Source: Candidatus Kaiserbacteria bacterium
GTDB lineage: Bacteria; Patescibacteriota; Minisyncoccia; Phycocordibacterales; UBA2100
Direction of reading: 5' to 3'
DNA length: 64,000 nt
Assembly: GCA_016217925.1 (NCBI GenBank)
Contig: JACRFK010000005.1
Location: 44,170-108,169, forward strand
Shown here: positions 38,801 to 47,683 of the stretch, in pieces
Position numbering within the stretch: the first letter of the stretch is position 1
Layout of the letters: each line of letters begins with the position of its first letter
Program-made: the position numbers and the translations under genes
Notes under the pieces: generated by a model
What the model was told of the DNA's origin: nothing
Databases searched by the model: none
The model's input: the letters and a program-made list of their open reading frames with translations, nothing else

Positions 38801-39157
38801 CGTAAGAACGTCGTGCTGAACGAGGGTACGCCGGAACAACGAGAGCTACGCATTCCGTATAGAGACAACTACCTTAAGACAGCACTTGACCGTGAGGGAT
38901 GGCCGAGCGAGCAGTGCAAGAAAGGTGGTAATGCTTGGCGTTTTTCAGTTCACGCCTCTACGTTCCCCACGAATGAGCATATCGACAACCTAGTCGAAAA
39001 GATAGCTGATGTGCACATTGAATTTCTCAAGTTGCAGATTGAGAAAGGCAACAGGTTGGCGGACAAAGCCGGTGATGAGAACCTAAGAATTACCTCATGG
39101 GAAAGCTTATTGGAAAGGACGGAAAACGTCCAAGACTATGAATGGTTAGAGGACTAA
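35813..39157 (+). CDS. 1114-aa protein: unknown N-terminal half fused to a class V PLP (cysteine desulfurase-like) domain
   Basis: VFYASATDAM, VDGCQSVG, DIFINSGGKGPG, GTVDISRVAALG and WRFSVH..IDNLVEKI occur in aminotransferase class V order. Confidence 0.7.
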   Translation: MVERSHQGPGKGPLGGPRASQDQQQVDEKGIKSDLAVLLRSLEDMEKRVVKSGQQVFFGTAQLGHRIETLQRTHQGGTHDVRIMYDALFDAGVPAAALEDFGRNVAKRGVPDNQLFSTGYIKEKFFSKGVISEAGLKFNPGEGGEAWLSKHVQEELEGLRGFDLGAACKVQDLARSMGTQYGNSAAMMTRLMFVCSGNEPGAEERSVRFSDPAEKIGLLVRSRLAEARTKGVREENTFVEGMQMFLGVYADITAKVLQNAKPEQQANIHERSKAMLSKLLQSEQLRAAHLDPGKSPPDPFSIFSELLREEGAINPWVVGDSTETPFDIGKFHLLISPDVPRGLVADAVFVLNNYQEALLAQDVAKIPASVQKYKDRQRQAGANAELPSGLDITKALTNAASRICRLRGEKFNAPNPKEDTEEVLRLKRQEYERIVEDFVRPLGRGIPPFSALLRIVDPKKVVRDGQIRDDFIPLLKSIPKFSDTAEDADKVRIVASSVKTFLEDPDPYLDVPLLGTEGDYSLRTLLTIRANEWFDKEILLRGPYAHSDRKGAPPPEPLIPPRDTWRVPKERLVELAKNFNTAAGAKWLWAREWIEDACKILRRLPNSYENILGFASRESKRYYKMPGEYEVVFYASATDAMSNIVDKLFPNMVAGDYFIGSPQEYESMADPLIHKGARFEAAYINERIGDTRRTKTPDQFYDDIVRIIESPRKDGRLPRAIFLSSKTRFGDAVGVTPPEPRRVLDENGKETGEEKMFYTPNTHGLSMIIQRLKSRYPSVPVAVDGCQSVGRNDRDEDLSRLGCDIFINSGGKGPGIENVSMVAIRKVSLEQRDDKGNVVRKDGKPVFTTPEHHWLEHITDEKVLRNPESVLTPGKGTVDISRVAALGFALQLLDSRIDTWSVIDPSDKRKQRDRIADHMGAMTEHMLTRTQEYAGSLFKRLQTANLPFPIPDEASLAKNPEFVKRFGCQVVHPAHQNIIDYDGIVTLTFPNIGTVERKNVVLNEGTPEQRELRIPYRDNYLKTALDREGWPSEQCKKGGNAWRFSVHASTFPTNEHIDNLVEKIADVHIEFLKLQIEKGNRLADKAGDENLRITSWESLLERTENVQDYEWLED

Positions 39158-39195
39158 CCATTTGCTTTTTTTAACCCCGTGCGTAGAGTTATTGC

Positions 39196-39990
39196 ATGCT
39201 CCGCAAATTGCTCGAAAGCATAGGGCTGAACGCCAAGGAAGCAGAGGTGTATCTGGCTTGTCTGAAGCTCGGAACGCAGGATATCGCCACCTTGAGCAAG
39301 GAAACGAAACTTGCCCCGTTTGACGTGAGCGTCATTTTGACCAACCTTCTGGACAGGGGGTTCGTCAGCAAATTCTCCCGCGAGAAGGATTTCTTCACTC
39401 CGCAAGAGCCGGGCATTTTGGTCAATATTCTCGAGAACGGAAAAATGAGGCTCGAGGCCAACATCTCGAACTTCAAAAAGCATTTGAAGCATTTTGAGGA
39501 TTACATGAATCCAGCCTTCACCAAGCCGGAAATCGCATTCTATGAGGGAGCGGAGGGCATCGTGGCAGCATACGAAGACACGCTGACGTCAAAAACGGAG
39601 ATTTTGGCGTTTGCGTCCATAGACGACACGGAAAACATCTTGCCCGAGTACGTACCCAAGTACTACAAGCGGCGTAAAGCGGCAAAGATACCGATACGCG
39701 CGATCTTCCCCGATACAAAAATGGCGCGGGCGCGCCAGAAGAAAGATGTCGAAGAGCTGCGCGAGAGCCGCCTCTTGCCGAAATCCGTCTTGAATATCGA
39801 GATCGAAATAAATGTGTACGATGATAAGGTCGCCTATTTCTCAATCCCCGAGAAGCTCGCCATCATCGTCAAAAGCAAGCTCATCGCGGCGAGTATGCGA
39901 GAAATGTTCGGTCTCTGCTGGAAAATGGCCGATACGTACGCCGCGGTTGCCGAGCCACCCACACCCGCGAGAGCTAAGAAGAAGCAATAG
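39196..39990 (+). CDS. TrmB-family transcriptional regulator
   Basis: IGLNAKEAEVYLACL N-terminus; FYEGAEGI; INVYDDKVA. Confidence 0.88.
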   Translation: MLRKLLESIGLNAKEAEVYLACLKLGTQDIATLSKETKLAPFDVSVILTNLLDRGFVSKFSREKDFFTPQEPGILVNILENGKMRLEANISNFKKHLKHFEDYMNPAFTKPEIAFYEGAEGIVAAYEDTLTSKTEILAFASIDDTENILPEYVPKYYKRRKAAKIPIRAIFPDTKMARARQKKDVEELRESRLLPKSVLNIEIEINVYDDKVAYFSIPEKLAIIVKSKLIAASMREMFGLCWKMADTYAAVAEPPTPARAKKKQ

Positions 39991-40912
39991 TTCTCGACGA
40001 TTTCTTGTACTCCGCATGATTTGCGGGGCCCGATGCGGCTATGTGGTCCATTTCATATGTCCTCACTTGGAATTCGATGAGTTTCCCTTCGAGGCAACTG
40101 AGTACGGTGTGTACGCTCCGGTAGCCGTTCTCCTTGGGATTTGCGATGTAATCTTTGTACCGCTCGGGGAAATGCCGCCAGAGTTTGTGAAGCACCTCAA
40201 TCGCTTTCCGGCAATCTTTTTCGGACAATGTCAGTATGCGGAAGCCGTGTATATCGTAGATGTCGTTGATACTCTTGTTCTTAAGCGCAACTTTGTTGTA
40301 GACACCGAAGATGTTCTTGACCCTGTTCTCAATACTGAAATCCTTGATACCGGCCTTCCTGAGTGCGTCTTCGAGTATCCCGCGAATGGAAAGGATAAGA
40401 TGTTGGTCAATGAACATCTGTTTTTGGACGACGCTCTCGAAGAGGGCGAAATTCTCCGGGTCGAATGTCTTGAAGACCGCATCCTCAAGCATGTACCGGA
40501 GTTTCCAGAGACCGAAGTGATTGGCCACGTCGAGCCACTGCCGGTAGCGTTTTTCTTCCGGAAGCAGCACCTTGTTCTCATACAAGTCATACAGTGTCTC
40601 GAGGAGGGCGAGTGTGACGGCTTCGCTCGAGTGGTGCAGCGGGTCGCGCACGTCGAGGAATTCTTTCGGGTGGGGGAGCGACTTCAGCATCGCCGTTTTC
40701 AGTTGCCAGATACGTTTGCACTTCTCGGGCACGTATGCTTCGGCCTCCGGGACAGGGGGTGTCAGAAATGCGAGCCAAATGCGAGGAGGAATCTTCAAGC
40801 GCTTCTCGGCTTCCAAAATCTTCTTATATGCGAGCTTTCCCATGAGGAATGGTTGAAATTCCTGGGGGAAAAGTGCCACATAGTCCTCAAAATAGCCCTT
40901 GGGGACAGCCAT
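39974..40912 (-). CDS. Short RelA/SpoT-like (p)ppGpp synthetase
   Basis: RVKNIFGVYNK, IYDIHGFRI, KDYIANPKENGYRSVHT, EFQVRT; no TGS/ACT tail. Confidence 0.88.
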   Translation of the reverse strand: MAVPKGYFEDYVALFPQEFQPFLMGKLAYKKILEAEKRLKIPPRIWLAFLTPPVPEAEAYVPEKCKRIWQLKTAMLKSLPHPKEFLDVRDPLHHSSEAVTLALLETLYDLYENKVLLPEEKRYRQWLDVANHFGLWKLRYMLEDAVFKTFDPENFALFESVVQKQMFIDQHLILSIRGILEDALRKAGIKDFSIENRVKNIFGVYNKVALKNKSINDIYDIHGFRILTLSEKDCRKAIEVLHKLWRHFPERYKDYIANPKENGYRSVHTVLSCLEGKLIEFQVRTYEMDHIAASGPANHAEYKKSSRTIASS

Positions 40913-41002
40913 ATTCCTTATTTATACGCACAATAAGCCCTGGGGGCAACAGAACGAGGATTTCCACAGGGAGGGGGCGGAGGGTGCTAGAATGGTTGAT
41001 AT

Positions 41003-41581
41003 ATGACAACGATCCAAGGCGGAGGAGTAAAGATGGAGATGCCACAAGGCCCGGAGCAGCCTAAGGGGTTCGATTTCAAACCAATTGATGACTCAGCGAC
41101 GTTTTTCAAGTACAAGACGACCATCGAGGGTTTGGAATGGGACCCGGGGGATACAAGTGAGGGGCGGGTAAAGATGCGGGAACGGACGCCGGATTTAAAG
41201 AAGCTGTACCTGCAGAGTTTGAATGAAAATAATCGCCTCAAACTTTTTCTGATAATGGACGGGGAAAAAGTAGACGGATTTGCGGCGATAAAAATCGATG
41301 CGCAAGATGAGGTGGGAAAGCGCCTCGGCACCGTCACGCATCTGTGGCTTTCCGAGCGTCGTCGCCAGGGAGGTACACTCTTGAATGTTCTCGATTCCGC
41401 TGAAAAGCAGATGCGCAAAGAGGGCTGCACAGACGGGATAATCAACGCGCCCGAAGCGCTCGCCACATTTGAGCGTGTGGCAGGGCACACTAAGCCCAGT
41501 AATTTCTTCGAGCTTAAGGGTGCGGCGAATGACAACGAACAGTCCAAGCCGAGGGCAGCCGTTGAGAGAAAAGTCGCTTAA
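41003..41581 (+). CDS. Hypothetical protein, possibly GNAT fold
   Basis: HLWLSERRRQGGTLL resembles acetyl-CoA motif A. Confidence 0.5.
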   Translation: MTTIQGGGVKMEMPQGPEQPKGFDFKPIDDSATFFKYKTTIEGLEWDPGDTSEGRVKMRERTPDLKKLYLQSLNENNRLKLFLIMDGEKVDGFAAIKIDAQDEVGKRLGTVTHLWLSERRRQGGTLLNVLDSAEKQMRKEGCTDGIINAPEALATFERVAGHTKPSNFFELKGAANDNEQSKPRAAVERKVA

Positions 41582-41583
41582 CC

Positions 41584-42243
41584 ATGAAAACACCGCGCGA
41601 GATTTATGCGGCATACAAAATAATGCCGGCTTTGCAAACGCACCAGCTTCGCGTCGCAGCGGTGGGGAAGTTGATCTGCGACAACTTTACACAGCCTATT
41701 GAGAAGCTCGATGTAATCCTTGCGTGCCTCTTTCACGACATGGGAAATATCGTCAAATTCAAACTCGGGCAAATCCCGGAATTTCTTGAGCCGGAGGGTT
41801 TGGAATACTGGCAGAGGGTGAAAGATGAGTTTAAAAACAAGTACGGGAACGACCAGCATGAGGCGTCGAAGCAGATCGCACGCGAGCTGGGGCTACCCAA
41901 TCCCGTTATTGGATACATCGATGCCGTGGCGTTCGCGAAGGCCGAGACTACTCTTGCTAGTGGTTCATGGGAGGAAAAGATCTGCGAATACGCGGACACT
42001 CGCGTTTCCCCGCACGGCATACTCCCTTTGGTTGCAAGACTCGAAGAAGGGCGTAAAAGATACGAGGGGCGTACAGCTGACACCGGTCTGACCGCATCGC
42101 GCGGGCGGTTCGATGAACTTCTCGATGCCGAGCGGGCGATAGAAAAACAGATCTTCGCGCAAGCGACGATCCGGCCCGAAGATATCAACGACGCGACGGT
42201 CGCACCGCTCGTGGAAGAATTGTGGGAGTATCCAGTCTCGTGA
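41584..42243 (+). CDS. HD-domain metal-dependent phosphohydrolase
   Basis: HQLRV..LFHDMGN..HE..YADTR. Confidence 0.85.
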   Translation: MKTPREIYAAYKIMPALQTHQLRVAAVGKLICDNFTQPIEKLDVILACLFHDMGNIVKFKLGQIPEFLEPEGLEYWQRVKDEFKNKYGNDQHEASKQIARELGLPNPVIGYIDAVAFAKAETTLASGSWEEKICEYADTRVSPHGILPLVARLEEGRKRYEGRTADTGLTASRGRFDELLDAERAIEKQIFAQATIRPEDINDATVAPLVEELWEYPVS

Positions 42244-42258
42244 TATTCTCACGTTGTT

Positions 42259-42331
42259 GCCGTTGTAGCTCAGTTGGTAGAGCACGTCATTGGTAATGAC
42301 GAGGTCTCCGGTTCAATCCCGGACAACGGCT
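42259..42331 (+). tRNA. tRNA-Thr(GGT)
   Basis: cgtca-tt-GGT-aa-tgacg; GCCGTTG/CAACGGC. Confidence 0.96.
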
Positions 42332-42411
42332 CACGATTGAACTCAAGTCTGTTGTGAGGAGCCACTCAACTGCGGACCTCGCTTCGGGTTAAATACTGGT
42401 ATGATGTTGGT

Positions 42412-42852
42412 ATGGTCAATGCAAAGAAACCAAGGAGGCCATGCCTTACGTGCGGCAAAGAGCCTGACCGTTCGTACTACAAATACTGTAGTAATGCTTG
42501 TCAGTCGGAATACCAACGCGAGGTATATATAAAGAACTGGCAAGCGGGCAGGCTTAGTGGCCTAAATAGTATCGGGGTAGTTTCAAAGCCGGTCAAAAGA
42601 TATTTGCGAAAGAAATTTGGAAATCAATGCAGTATTTGTGGGTGGTCAAAAGTAAATAAAAAAACCGGAGAGGTTCCGTTAGTTGCCGATCATATCGATG
42701 GAAATTGGCGTCATAATTGGGAGACCAATCTTCGGCTGATTTGTCCCAACTGCGATTCTCTGACTTCAACATATGCCGGTCTTAACAAAGGAAACGGAAG
42801 AAAAAATCGAACCACAAGCAAAAGAGCCTATAACGCTCGTTTATTTATGTAG
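42412..42852 (+). CDS. HNH endonuclease with N-terminal Cys motifs
   Basis: CLTCG..YCSNAC; CSICGW..DHIDGN..N...NLRLICPNC. Confidence 0.88.
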   Translation: MVNAKKPRRPCLTCGKEPDRSYYKYCSNACQSEYQREVYIKNWQAGRLSGLNSIGVVSKPVKRYLRKKFGNQCSICGWSKVNKKTGEVPLVADHIDGNWRHNWETNLRLICPNCDSLTSTYAGLNKGNGRKNRTTSKRAYNARLFM

Positions 42853-42875
42853 TTGTGGTACTATCTTTTTCGATT

Positions 42876-42951
42876 GCCGCCTTAGCTCAGTTGGTAGAGC
42901 ATATCTTTCGTAAAGATAAGGTCCGCGGTTCGATCCCGCGAGGCGGCTCCA
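42876..42951 (+). tRNA. tRNA-Thr(CGT), CCA encoded
   Basis: tatct-tt-CGT-aa-agata; GCCGCCT/AGGCGGC-T-CCA. Confidence 0.96.
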
Positions 42952-43020
42952 GAGATGGTAAGCTGAGAGCAGTTTGCTCAAAAGCCGGAGCTGCACAAAA
43001 CCAGAGAAGAGGAGCTCAAT

Positions 43021-43320
43021 ATGGCGCAATACACCGTATTTGACTTAACTCTCCCGAACGGCAGACAGTCCGCACGCGGATATCCCGACGACTACGTCAC
43101 TGAGTACGGGCTTGAGAAAGGCAAATTGGTACGTGTCTTTCCAAGTGGCAATTCGTTCCAGATTGAATTCGGCGTTACGCCATCATTTGAGAGCGGTGTC
43201 ATGTGCCGCATCATGTCGATGGGTCCGGCGACTATCAAATCGCCACTCTGGAACAATGCTCCGCGCGACGTGCTGCTTGTACATCTCGCATTCACCGAAG
43301 TGACAAGTATGTACCACTGA
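43021..43320 (+). CDS. Hypothetical protein
   Basis: 99-aa ORF preceded by AGGAG and followed by a hairpin. Confidence 0.55.
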   Translation: MAQYTVFDLTLPNGRQSARGYPDDYVTEYGLEKGKLVRVFPSGNSFQIEFGVTPSFESGVMCRIMSMGPATIKSPLWNNAPRDVLLVHLAFTEVTSMYH

Positions 43321-43373
43321 CGAGACGAGGGGGGAGCGCACTGCTCCCTCTCCTCATTTGTTATACTCGTCTC

Positions 43374-44273
43374 ATGGGAAAGAAAGAAGAAATACAAGCC
43401 AAAATCTCCGAAATCGAAACCGCAATGGGAGCGGCGGATTTTTGGAGCGACAAGGTTAAGGCTCAGGCTGCGCTCAAAGAGTACCAAGATCTGAAGGCAA
43501 AGCTCGCAAGCGGCGGCGGTTACGACAAGAGCGACGCGCTCGTCACGATAATCTCGGGGGCGGGCGGTGACGATGCCGAAGATTTCTCCCGCATCCTTTT
43601 CGAGATGTACAAAAAATACGCGGCGGCGAAAGGATGGAACACAGGATTGCTTTCATCCAACGAGAATACGATGGGCGGCTTTCGCAGCATCTCGTTCGAG
43701 ATCGACGGCTCGGGTGCCTATGGCGCTCTGAAGCATGAAGCGGGTGTGCACCGGCTTGTGCGCATGTCACCGTTCAATTCGGCGGGGAAGCGGCAGACCA
43801 GCTTCTCGCTCGTCGAAGTGCTCCCGAAACTGGAAGACTTGCCCGAGACGCATATTCCTGAAAAAGAGCTCGACATATCAGTCGCGCGCTCGGGTGGCCC
43901 TGGCGGGCAAAATGTGAATAAGCGCGACACGGCGGTGCGCATGACGCACATCCCTACCGGCATCTCGGTGCAGGTCACTTCCGAGCGTAGTCAGGCGCAA
44001 AATAGAGAGAAGGCACTCGAAATGATACGCGGCAAACTCTATACATTGCGTGAAGCCGCGCAAGCGCAGGAATCGCGGGGACTCTCCGCGGGAGTCTCCA
44101 CGAAGATTGAGTGGGGAAGTCAGATACGCTCTTATGTATTGCATCCGTACCAGATGGTGAAAGACCACCGCACCGAGCACGAGCGCCGCGACGTGGAGCG
44201 GGTACTCGAAGGCGATATTCAGTCTTTCGTTGATGCGGAGAAAAGTTTGGAGGGAAGTTCAGCTGGGGTATAG
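43374..44273 (+). CDS. prfB: Peptide chain release factor 2 (shortened)
   Basis: GVHRLVRMSPF (SPF), GGQ, WGSQIRSYVLHPY. Confidence 0.95.
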   Translation: MGKKEEIQAKISEIETAMGAADFWSDKVKAQAALKEYQDLKAKLASGGGYDKSDALVTIISGAGGDDAEDFSRILFEMYKKYAAAKGWNTGLLSSNENTMGGFRSISFEIDGSGAYGALKHEAGVHRLVRMSPFNSAGKRQTSFSLVEVLPKLEDLPETHIPEKELDISVARSGGPGGQNVNKRDTAVRMTHIPTGISVQVTSERSQAQNREKALEMIRGKLYTLREAAQAQESRGLSAGVSTKIEWGSQIRSYVLHPYQMVKDHRTEHERRDVERVLEGDIQSFVDAEKSLEGSSAGV

Positions 44274-44361
44274 TCGCTCCGCTCGTTTAGCCGTCGCCCA
44301 CTCGGAGGCGAGAGCTAGCTCTCGCCTCACTCGCTTCGCTAGGCTATAATAACTCCTTACA

Positions 44362-45051
44362 ATGCACATGATTTACTTCGATAAGGTAACGAAAACGTAT
44401 TTTGACGGGGCTGCTGCCGCAGTTGCCGACATCACGCTCGGTATCGATCCCGGCGAGTTCGTCTCCATCGTCGGGCATTCTGGTGCGGGAAAGACGACGC
44501 TCCTCAAAATGCTGTTCGCAGAGGTCATTCCGACCGAAGGTGCGGTATTTTTCGGCTCACGCGATGTAAGTAAGCTCTCAAATGGGGAGCTTTTGAAGCT
44601 GCGTCGCAATATCGGCACTATATTTCAGGACTACCGGCTCCTCTCCACCAAGAATGTGTACGAAAATATCGCTTTTGCGCTCGAGGTGGCGGGCCGCAAC
44701 GATGAAGATATCGCCGGTGATGTGCCGCACGTATTAGACCTCGTGGGTCTCTCCGACAAGATCTGGAGCTTCCCGCACGAACTTTCCGGCGGGGAGCAAC
44801 AGCGGGTCGCGATAGCGCGTGCGATCGTGAACCAGCCCGACGTCTTGATAGCAGATGAACCGACGGGCAACCTCGATCCCATCAACACGCACGATATCGT
44901 GGAGATCCTCAAAAAGATCAACGACCTCGGAACGACCGTCCTTCTCACGACCCACAACAAATCTGTTGTCGATTCCATCGATCGGCGCGTCGTCACGATG
45001 GATCAGGGCCGCATTGTCCGCGACGACAAAGAAGGGAGGTACTCTTTGTAG
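44362..45051 (+). CDS. ftsE: Cell division ATP-binding protein FtsE
   Basis: [34 protein letters not shown]. Confidence 0.95.
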   Translation: MHMIYFDKVTKTYFDGAAAAVADITLGIDPGEFVSIVGHSGAGKTTLLKMLFAEVIPTEGAVFFGSRDVSKLSNGELLKLRRNIGTIFQDYRLLSTKNVYENIAFALEVAGRNDEDIAGDVPHVLDLVGLSDKIWSFPHELSGGEQQRVAIARAIVNQPDVLIADEPTGNLDPINTHDIVEILKKINDLGTTVLLTTHNKSVVDSIDRRVVTMDQGRIVRDDKEGRYSL

Positions 45052-45066
45052 TAGTACAATATCAAT

Positions 45067-46014
45067 ATGTCTTATTGGACGACAACAAAGCGAATAGCGC
45101 GATACGGACTCGTCGGTTTTGTTCGTAACGGGTTCGTTTCACTTTCCGCGATACTCATGATGACCATCATGTCGTTCATGCTCGTGAATATCATGATCTC
45201 CAACGCGGCGATGACCGCCACGCTCAAGGACCTTACCAATAAAGTCGATGTGACGGTCTACTTCCGGACGAATGCGACGGGAGATCAGATAGAACAGATC
45301 AATAGATCACTCCAGTCGCTTCCTGAGGTCGCGTCCGTTTCCTTGATGACCCGCGAACAAGCTCTGGCCGATTTCCGGGAGCGCCATAAAAACGATCAGC
45401 TGACGATACAGGCGCTCGATGAGCTCGGTACAAATCCGCTCGGCGCGTCTCTTGAGATTCGCGCGAAGCAGACAAGCCAGTACGAGGGCATCGCCAAGTA
45501 TCTTCAGGCGCAGCAGGATTCACAATCCGGTGCGGGCGTCGCTATCGACAAAGTGAATTTCTACCAGAACAAGACGGCCATCGACCGTCTCACGAACATC
45601 ATTGATACATCGAAAAAGAACGGTATCGCAAAGACGATCTTTCTCGCCGTCTGTGCGGTGCTCATCGTGCTCAATACGATCCGTCTTGCCATCTACACCG
45701 CCCGCGACGAAATAGGAGTCATGAATCTGGTCGGAGCGAGCAGGTGGTACGTGCGTGGCCCCTTTATGGTCGCCGGAGTGCTCTATGGAGTCGTATCGAG
45801 CGTTCTTGTTCTCATACTGTTGTATCCCATTCTGCTCTACCACCCGGTATTGATCGGGCTCGATCCCACGACCGAACTCTTGTTTGGTAATTTCAACTCG
45901 TTTACCTATTACACGGCCAATTTCCTCTTATTTTTCGTGGTTGTGACAGGCACGAGCATCGCGCTCGGCGCCTTGTCCAGTTATTTGGCCGTCCGCCGCT
46001 ATCTACGCACGTGA
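45067..46014 (+). CDS. ftsX: Cell division permease FtsX
   Basis: NPL, NTIRLAI..EIGVMNLVGA..VRGPF; follows ftsE. Confidence 0.93.
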   Translation: MSYWTTTKRIARYGLVGFVRNGFVSLSAILMMTIMSFMLVNIMISNAAMTATLKDLTNKVDVTVYFRTNATGDQIEQINRSLQSLPEVASVSLMTREQALADFRERHKNDQLTIQALDELGTNPLGASLEIRAKQTSQYEGIAKYLQAQQDSQSGAGVAIDKVNFYQNKTAIDRLTNIIDTSKKNGIAKTIFLAVCAVLIVLNTIRLAIYTARDEIGVMNLVGASRWYVRGPFMVAGVLYGVVSSVLVLILLYPILLYHPVLIGLDPTTELLFGNFNSFTYYTANFLLFFVVVTGTSIALGALSSYLAVRRYLRT

Positions 46015-46027
46015 TACAGTAGAGGGT

Positions 46028-47677
46028 ATGAAGCGTGCGCGCGCGGGTCATAAATATATTTTCGTCGTGGGCGGGGTAATGTCTGCCGTAGGCAAGGGTA
46101 TCGCCGCCGCATCCATCGGGAAATTGCTCACCGCGCGCGGGCTCGCGGTCAACCTCGTAAAGATCGATCCGTATCTCAATGTGGACGCCGGAACGATGAA
46201 TCCTATCGAGCACGGGGAAGTCTTCGTCCTCGATTCCGGTCTCGAGACGGATCAGGACATGGGCAACTACGAACGTTTCTTGGGACGTGATCTGGGTCCA
46301 GAGGATTACATGACGAGCGGCATGGTCTACAAGACGGTCATCGAACGTGAGCGCAATCTCGGATACGGCGGGAAATGCGTCGAAGCGATACCGCATGTGA
46401 GAGATGAGATAGTCGGCCGCTTGGAAAGTTCTGCGCGCAAGGCGAAGTCCGATGTGACGGTCGTGGAGATAGGCGGTACGCTCGGTGATTTCTCTAATGC
46501 GCTTTTCATCGATGCGGCGCGCGTCATGCACCTCAAACATTCGTCCGACGTCCTCTTTGTGATGGTTTCCTACTTGCCGGTGCCCAACACGATCGGCGAG
46601 ATGAAAACGAAGCCGACGCAAAATGCAGTGCGCCAGCTCAATGCCTACGGCGTACAGCCCGACATCATCATCGCGCGCTCCACGCATACGCTCGATAAGA
46701 AACGAAAGGAGAAACTCGCGATTTGGTGTAATGTCCAGCCGGACCACATCATCTCAGCACCGGACGTGGATTCTATCTACGACGTGCCACTGAATTTCGA
46801 GCGCGACAAACTCTCCGAGACTCTGATGAGCCTGCTGGGCAAACGCCCGAAGCAGACCCCGGATTTTTCCGAGTGGAAATCATTCGCCGAACACGCGCAC
46901 AATGGAAATGGCACGGTAAAGATAGGCATTGTCGGGAAGTATTTTGATACGGGCGAATTCGTCCTCTCCGATGCGTACATTTCCGTCATCGAGGCCATCA
47001 AATTTTCCGCCTACGTCCACGGCGTAAAGCCGGAGATCGATTGGCTCAACGCGAAAAATTATGAAAGCAATCCCGCGTCCGTTTCCGAGCTCAAGAAGTA
47101 CGACGGGGTCATCGTCCCCGGCGGATTCGGCGAGACGGGCATTGAGGGAAAAATCAACGCCATCCGTTTTGCGCGTGAGAACAAAATCCCATATTTCGGT
47201 CTCTGCTACGGCATGCAATTGATGACCGTCGAATACGCACGCAACGTCGCCGGTCTCGCAGGTGCCCACACGACCGAAATAAATCCGAAGAGCCCGCATC
47301 CCGTCATCGCAATTTTGCCGGAGCAGATAGAAAAACTCGCAAAAAAGAACTACGGAGGCTCGATGCGCCTCGGCGCTTACCCGTGTGAGCTGGTTTCCGG
47401 CACCATCGCGCACGAAGCGTATGGAAAGGGGAGCATCTCCGAGCGCCATCGCCACCGTTTCGAGGTGAATCCCGACTATATTGAGCGTCTCCAAAAAGCC
47501 GGTCTCGTATTCTCGGGCAAATCACCGAGCGGACACCTTATGGAAATCGCGGAATTGCCCAAGAGCGAGCACCCCTTTATGCTCGGCACGCAATTCCACC
47601 CCGAACTCAAAGCCCGCCCGCTCTCACCGCATCCGCTTTTCAACGCGTTCATCAAAGCCGCTATAACCCGTAAGTGA
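46028..47677 (+). CDS. pyrG: CTP synthase
   Basis: GGVMSAVGKG, KTKPTQ, GLCYGMQ, ERHRHR, QFHPE. Confidence 0.98.
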   Translation: MKRARAGHKYIFVVGGVMSAVGKGIAAASIGKLLTARGLAVNLVKIDPYLNVDAGTMNPIEHGEVFVLDSGLETDQDMGNYERFLGRDLGPEDYMTSGMVYKTVIERERNLGYGGKCVEAIPHVRDEIVGRLESSARKAKSDVTVVEIGGTLGDFSNALFIDAARVMHLKHSSDVLFVMVSYLPVPNTIGEMKTKPTQNAVRQLNAYGVQPDIIIARSTHTLDKKRKEKLAIWCNVQPDHIISAPDVDSIYDVPLNFERDKLSETLMSLLGKRPKQTPDFSEWKSFAEHAHNGNGTVKIGIVGKYFDTGEFVLSDAYISVIEAIKFSAYVHGVKPEIDWLNAKNYESNPASVSELKKYDGVIVPGGFGETGIEGKINAIRFARENKIPYFGLCYGMQLMTVEYARNVAGLAGAHTTEINPKSPHPVIAILPEQIEKLAKKNYGGSMRLGAYPCELVSGTIAHEAYGKGSISERHRHRFEVNPDYIERLQKAGLVFSGKSPSGHLMEIAELPKSEHPFMLGTQFHPELKARPLSPHPLFNAFIKAAITRK

Positions 47678-47683
47678 ATCTCT

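Noticed and set aside
35813-39157. DndA of a DNA phosphorothioation system
   Set aside because: No dnd or ssp partner genes are adjacent, and the size and architecture do not fit.
39812-40936. 374-aa plus-strand ORF
   Set aside because: Antisense shadow of the RelA-like gene with no motifs; the same applies to other long antisense ORFs such as 28756-29817, 48166-49233 and 61155-62303.
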